64,000 bases of DNA from Halobacteriovoraceae bacterium (lineage in GTDB: Bacteria > Bdellovibrionota > Bacteriovoracia > Bacteriovoracales > Bacteriovoracaceae): NCBI GenBank assembly GCA_963719505.1, contig CAVRCF010000005.1:1088001-1152000 (forward strand), in the 5' to 3' direction. Numbering within the stretch: position 1 is the stretch's first letter; each line of letters opens with the position of its first letter. The notes below the pieces were generated by a model, which saw only the letters and a list, made by a program, of their open reading frames with translations, was not told the DNA's origin and searched no databases. The translations under genes were made by a program, and so were the position numbers. Positions 59,492-64,000 of the stretch are shown here, in pieces.

Positions 59492-59518
59492 TTATCGGGA
59501 ATGACCTTTAAAACTTTA
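59492..59518 (-). promoter_or_regulatory. Candidate sigma28 promoter
   Basis: Minus strand TAAA-N15-CCCGATAA. Confidence 0.7.
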
Positions 59519-59553
59519 GTGCTTTTTATCAAGAAAAAGGGCATAATAAAGGC

Positions 59554-60090
59554 ATGTTTGCGAGAAATACAATGAAATATCCAGTACTTGTCATGGGACT
59601 AATAATGTTCGGGATTTTTCTGTCTCAGGAAACGACCCAAAAGTGGTGGTCTAAACAGATGGCCCGCTATATTCCAAGTACATGTTCAGCAGTAAAAGAT
59701 AGAGTCATGAAAAAGGCCCCTTCATCTTGGTCAATTGAATGTGAGGGCACAAACTTTTTAAGGCTTACTGTACCTTTTGAAAAAGAATTAAAAGATCCTA
59801 AGAATCTTAGGATTGCTATGTATAGAGAGCTTGCTAACCTCTACGCTCAATTCGCCAACAATGCCAACGTGGCCATGAAATACGTTGAAGACAAAAAAGT
59901 TAAAGTCTATAACGAGATTGAAACTCTCGAGCATCTTAAAAATATTCAGATTATTATGAAGAGTAAAAATCTAGAGATTATCTCTCAATCAGATGGACAA
60001 GCTGTTGCGAGATTTATCGATTTAAAAAGAAAAAGTGAAATTGCAGAACATCTAAAGCTTACAGTCAAAGTGAGCGAGAAAAAGATCTAA
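59554..60090 (+). CDS. Membrane-anchored hypothetical protein
   Basis: N-terminal hydrophobic segment; 178 aa. Confidence 0.7.
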   Translation: MFARNTMKYPVLVMGLIMFGIFLSQETTQKWWSKQMARYIPSTCSAVKDRVMKKAPSSWSIECEGTNFLRLTVPFEKELKDPKNLRIAMYRELANLYAQFANNANVAMKYVEDKKVKVYNEIETLEHLKNIQIIMKSKNLEIISQSDGQAVARFIDLKRKSEIAEHLKLTVKVSEKKI

Positions 60091-60921
60091 GTAATTATCA
60101 TCGACACAGTCATAGAATATCTCATTAAATTCAAACTTGTATCTATAGCAGTGAAGCCAAAGCCGGGTTGAAGCCCCACCATCATACAAGGTATCTCCCA
60201 CGATGGGAAAGCCTGCAAGAGAGAGCTGGGCACGAATTTGATGACGTCTTCCCTCTTTTAATGAAACTCGAACAAGAGACTCATTGATCTTTCCATTGTA
60301 GTCGAGCTGCTCAATATCAATTTTACTTTTTTGACCATCCAGTGATTCTTTGATTTTTGAACCTTTTGGACCGCTTGCCTTTAAGTTGTGGCTTAGTGAG
60401 CATGATTCTAAGTTCCCATGCACGCGCGCGAGATACTCTTTTGTTTTAACAATTGAGTTAAATTGCTCTCGCAAAGAGTCATATACTCTATCGTTTTTTG
60501 CCAGATAAAGGAGGCCACTGGTCTCCCGATCTAATCTATAAAGAGCCCCTCGATCCATATTGTTTTTATTCACATTGCCAGCAACATGAGAGCGTGAATT
60601 GAGGAAACTAATGATATTATCTGATTCAGAGTACTTTAACGGATGAGTATGAATTCCTGGCGGCTTAGAGAGAATGATAAAGTTATTATCTTCAAAAAGA
60701 ACTTTGGGAACCTCGCCGTAAAATACGGGATTCGTTAACCCTAAATTGATAAGGTCTATAGGTAATGAAACTTCATCCCTACTTCTCATTTCTTTGGAAA
60801 GATAATTTTTAGGTAATTTAAATTTCTTAACTGCAGATCGTGAAAGTCCAAAGATCTCTATCAGGCAAACATCAAGGCTTGGATACTCTTTAAGAAGGCA
60901 AAATTCAATCGTCTGATTCAC
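60052..60921 (-). CDS. RluA-family pseudouridine synthase
   Basis: SKPPGI, YRLDRETSG, GRRHQIRAQL, PIVGDTLY, LHC; start approximate. Confidence 0.92.
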   Translation of the reverse strand: MNQTIEFCLLKEYPSLDVCLIEIFGLSRSAVKKFKLPKNYLSKEMRSRDEVSLPIDLINLGLTNPVFYGEVPKVLFEDNNFIILSKPPGIHTHPLKYSESDNIISFLNSRSHVAGNVNKNNMDRGALYRLDRETSGLLYLAKNDRVYDSLREQFNSIVKTKEYLARVHGNLESCSLSHNLKASGPKGSKIKESLDGQKSKIDIEQLDYNGKINESLVRVSLKEGRRHQIRAQLSLAGFPIVGDTLYDGGASTRLWLHCYRYKFEFNEIFYDCVDDNYLDLFLAHFDCKL

Positions 60922-60931
60922 TTTGATACCT

Positions 60932-61738
60932 TTATCTTGAGTTTGCTTTCTTACCTTCCGTTCGAAGATCAATTTTTCTCAATATAAATTCGACTTTTCT
61001 ATTTACTTGATTATCTTTTGCCCTTGAATCTCCATAAAAGACGGTTGTCACTTTTGAAGGCCGAACACCTTTTTGGATCAAGGCTTTAGTCACCTCAAAA
61101 GCTCGCTTAGAACTCAACTCCCATGCGCTAAGACCCTCTTTTGAAGTCTCACCTCTATCTGAATAGCCTTCAACAAAAAGAGTCCAATCATTGTCTTTCA
61201 TAAGCTTTATCGTTTTTTGTAAAACGGGAACGATCGAAGTGTCATCCATTTTTGTGGATCCGTCTCTAAAAACAATTTGATCTTTGATTCTAATCTTTAC
61301 CCCTTCACTCATTTGATAAATATCAACTGAGTCGGAAAGATCGTATTGGCCTAACGTCTCTTGCATTTGTGCAAGATCTTCATCAGACTCTCTATTAATT
61401 TCATACTTGTCTAAAATGCCTTCTGTAGTCAAAAGGTCTATTGGATAGGGCTCAACAGGTTGTTGAGACTCAATCATCGTTGGTGAATCGTCAGGAGACT
61501 TTCCTAGTTGAATCGTCTCTCCAATTTGCATCGCGTTTCCAGCAAAAGCTTTTCTAATAGATCCTGCAACTGAATTAAATTTAGAAACTTCCGTCTTACT
61601 CATTGCATAGAGTAAAACAAAAAACGTCAAAAGAAGCGTTACTAAATCTGAAAATGTCGCCATCCATTCTGGTGCACCTTGTTTACATTCTGGTATCGGT
61701 GGACACTCTGGACATTCATTTTTATCGTCGTCAGCCAT
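60932..61738 (-). CDS. motB: Flagellar stator MotB/PomB
   Basis: WMATFSDLVTLLLTFFVLLYAMS; OmpA-like WELSSKRA, NRKVEF. Confidence 0.93.
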   Translation of the reverse strand: MADDDKNECPECPPIPECKQGAPEWMATFSDLVTLLLTFFVLLYAMSKTEVSKFNSVAGSIRKAFAGNAMQIGETIQLGKSPDDSPTMIESQQPVEPYPIDLLTTEGILDKYEINRESDEDLAQMQETLGQYDLSDSVDIYQMSEGVKIRIKDQIVFRDGSTKMDDTSIVPVLQKTIKLMKDNDWTLFVEGYSDRGETSKEGLSAWELSSKRAFEVTKALIQKGVRPSKVTTVFYGDSRAKDNQVNRKVEFILRKIDLRTEGKKANSR

Positions 61739-61750
61739 GACTAATCCTTT

Positions 61751-62512
61751 TTATTCTTCTTCTTTTACTCTTTGACCAGGAGGTAGGAACGAGTCTAGTT
61801 TTTCTCTAATAACCCTTGGATTTTCTCCGGCTACAATTCCTAAAACACCAGCGATAATAATATTCATTTTTAAAAGTTCACTTTCTGAATAGAACTTTAA
61901 TTTATTAGCAATCGGGTTTGCAAAAACGTTGGCCAAAACTGCTCCATAAAATGTCGTTAAGATGGCAACGGCCATCGACTTCCCAAGTTCCTCAGGACCC
62001 CCGGAGAGGTTTTGAAGCATGATAACGAGACCAATAAGAGTTCCAATCATACCGAAAGCAGGTCCATCGGCTGCCACATTTTCTAAAATGGCGATTCCAG
62101 TTTTGTGTCTATCTCCCAAGGCATCGATTTCAAGTTGCAAGATAGAAGTTATAACTTCTGGCGGTCTATTATCGGCAGCAAGCTTAACAGCTTTTTGCAT
62201 AAACTCATCTTCAACAGGTTCATTTTCAAGAGCAAAGACTGATTCTTTTCGCGCTTTATCTGCCAGTTGCTGAATCTTCTCTATAATTTGCAAAGGCTCA
62301 GGAGCCGTATTGAAAATTGACTTCATATAAACGGGAATAAGAGTTTTTATCTGTGACATAGGCCACTTAATAAAAAGTGCAGCAGAAACTCCTCCTCCAA
62401 CAACAATGATGGACGGGGCATCTATAAATGCTCCAATAGTTCCCCCAGCTAAAATTGATCCCGTAATTGAAACAATTGCTAAGACTAAGCCGATAACCGT
62501 AGCGATATCCAT
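61751..62512 (-). CDS. motA: Flagellar stator MotA/PomA
   Basis: MDIATVIG, PAFGMIGTLIGLV, MAVAILTTFYG, GENPR. Confidence 0.95.
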   Translation of the reverse strand: MDIATVIGLVLAIVSITGSILAGGTIGAFIDAPSIIVVGGGVSAALFIKWPMSQIKTLIPVYMKSIFNTAPEPLQIIEKIQQLADKARKESVFALENEPVEDEFMQKAVKLAADNRPPEVITSILQLEIDALGDRHKTGIAILENVAADGPAFGMIGTLIGLVIMLQNLSGGPEELGKSMAVAILTTFYGAVLANVFANPIANKLKFYSESELLKMNIIIAGVLGIVAGENPRVIREKLDSFLPPGQRVKEEE

Positions 62513-62564
62513 AACACTATACCTTTTAAGAATAAATCTTTGAAAATGTGTTTATCTAATACAA

Positions 62565-62592
62565 TAATCGGTGACTTGAGGAGGAAACTTTA
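62565..62592 (-). promoter_or_regulatory. Candidate sigma28 promoter for motAB
   Basis: Minus strand TAAAG-N15-ACCGATTA. Confidence 0.7.
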
Positions 62593-62760
62593 AGGGTTTA
62601 ATAAATAAAATCAGTAGCTTAACCATGCAAAACAATCAGGTATCTCACACCCCGATCCAGACGTCATGTCAGATTGCTAAAAGAATTTTTACGTAAAAGG
62701 CGTCGGCAAAAATGTATCGAGAAAGTCACTTCAACAACCAGAGTTGAAAATTTAGGCCTA

Positions 62761-63978
62761 TTAACTTGCAACCCTTAGTTTCTTTGGCAAGGTCAAAGAT
62801 CTAACTTCATCTTCGAAAGATCTTTTCACAAAACTTTTTCCAGTCTTCTCTTCGATGATTCTAAAGAAGATATTGTCTTCATAGTTTGTAGAGCTAAGAA
62901 CAGATAATAAGTGAGTGAGTTTTAATGAAGCGGTTTTCATTTCACATTGAGACAGACTCTCTCTTTTGGCCAAGACATCAGAAAGCCAGTTTTTGACTTC
63001 AATTAAAGATCTAATTTTCACATCAAGACCTCTTGAGAAAAGTGATTCAATCATGGATTCCTGTTTTGTTATGAAGGCTTCCACAACTAAGTACTCTTCC
63101 TTTCCAATTTTTCTAGAGAATCTATTCTTAAGAGAGAAAAAACAAGATTTTATCGTTTCAACATAGAACAAAAAGTCTTCAAGACTAGTTAATTGTTTAT
63201 CTTTTCTCTTATGTGTTTTTTCAAGAATTTGCCTTAAATCTGGATTGATGAGACCGTCTTTGACTTCATCCCAAGCAACCTTGAGACAATCATAAGTTTG
63301 AAATGTATGCATGAGAGGATTAATATAGACTTCATTGATTTCATTGAGCATGGCCGAAAGGTAGGACTCAAAAGAAGACTTAAGCATCATAAGTTTCTCT
63401 ATATCTTTACCCACAAGTGCTTCGTGCCTTTTTTGCTCAAATGAGATGATACAATGTCTGGTTCTAGGATTAAGATCCCCCCAGGTTCCTTGAAAAGTAT
63501 TCTTTTCAAGTTCACAGTTTCTGATAAAGTAGTCGTAGTCTAATTTCCGCTCAAAAGACAACCAGTTCAGCGGCTCTTCAGCGACACCAGATAAAATATC
63601 AATCTGCTGGATTGGCGAAAAGAAATAATTTCTTTGCTCGTCTTTTATTAAACTCTCTAGATCACACGAGATTGAAACTCCACTATCGTGACTCGCTCTG
63701 TAAACATAGACATCACTCACCTCTATCCACTTAGCGACTTTATCATCACCAGCTAACTTCTTCTCTTCAATTGAATTAGAATCTAGATGGTTTTTTATGT
63801 TTGAAATTTTAAAGATATGAATAGAGGCACCATCACTCATGACTAAATGAGACTCAACTTTCGCTTCAAGTTGTTTTTCAATCTGCTCTATATTATCGAG
63901 GCAAGGAGACTCAGCGGCGCAGGTAAAAGGAAAGTTAAAGCTCCCACTACTCAGAAGCTCGCGCTTAACTTTAAACAT
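62761..63978 (-). CDS. Hypothetical protein (may start upstream of the called ATG)
   Basis: 405-aa ORF, no motif recognised. Confidence 0.7.
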   Translation of the reverse strand: MFKVKRELLSSGSFNFPFTCAAESPCLDNIEQIEKQLEAKVESHLVMSDGASIHIFKISNIKNHLDSNSIEEKKLAGDDKVAKWIEVSDVYVYRASHDSGVSISCDLESLIKDEQRNYFFSPIQQIDILSGVAEEPLNWLSFERKLDYDYFIRNCELEKNTFQGTWGDLNPRTRHCIISFEQKRHEALVGKDIEKLMMLKSSFESYLSAMLNEINEVYINPLMHTFQTYDCLKVAWDEVKDGLINPDLRQILEKTHKRKDKQLTSLEDFLFYVETIKSCFFSLKNRFSRKIGKEEYLVVEAFITKQESMIESLFSRGLDVKIRSLIEVKNWLSDVLAKRESLSQCEMKTASLKLTHLLSVLSSTNYEDNIFFRIIEEKTGKSFVKRSFEDEVRSLTLPKKLRVAS

Positions 63979-64000
63979 CAGTTCGTGGTCTGTGGATTTA

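Noticed and set aside
1-64000. CRISPR array, rRNA, retron or other reverse transcriptase, prophage structural genes
   Set aside because: No regularly spaced repeats, rRNA-like tracts, RT motifs or phage structural ORFs were seen on manual reading.

Overview
AT-rich (roughly 36-37% GC by eye) bacterial chromosomal window. Gene content suggests a predatory Bdellovibrionota, probably Bacteriovorax/Halobacteriovorax-like (many orphan secreted or lipoproteins, PilZ proteins, dense sigma28 promoters); this assignment is inference. Most of the window is housekeeping backbone: fumC, hpf, csaA, phoX, nhaC, recJ, truA, cyclophilin, pdxH, clpP-clpX-lon, PhoH2, an aminotransferase, rsmD, dtd, gshB, miaB and motAB. 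Accessory parts are (i) the tail of an integrative element, with a frameshifted tyrosine integrase and a nearby IS1380-family element (1-3.1 kb), and (ii) a 6.6 kb integrase-less islet bounded by tRNA-Val(TAC) and a duplicate of its 3' end, carrying hybrid kinase-cheR-cheB-hybrid kinase and no chemoreceptor. Other notable signals are a 942-aa protein that looks like a catalytically dead Type IIG restriction-modification-like scaffold, a pseudo-histidine kinase, a degenerate ECF pair, nine sigma28-like and two sigma54-like promoters, a Met/Gln-rich secreted coiled-coil protein, a repeat protein wedged between clpX and lon, and a candidate structured RNA upstream of miaB. The frameshifts in clpP/clpX/lon and the integrase look like long-read indel errors. 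All assignments come from motif recognition by eye; no searches were run.
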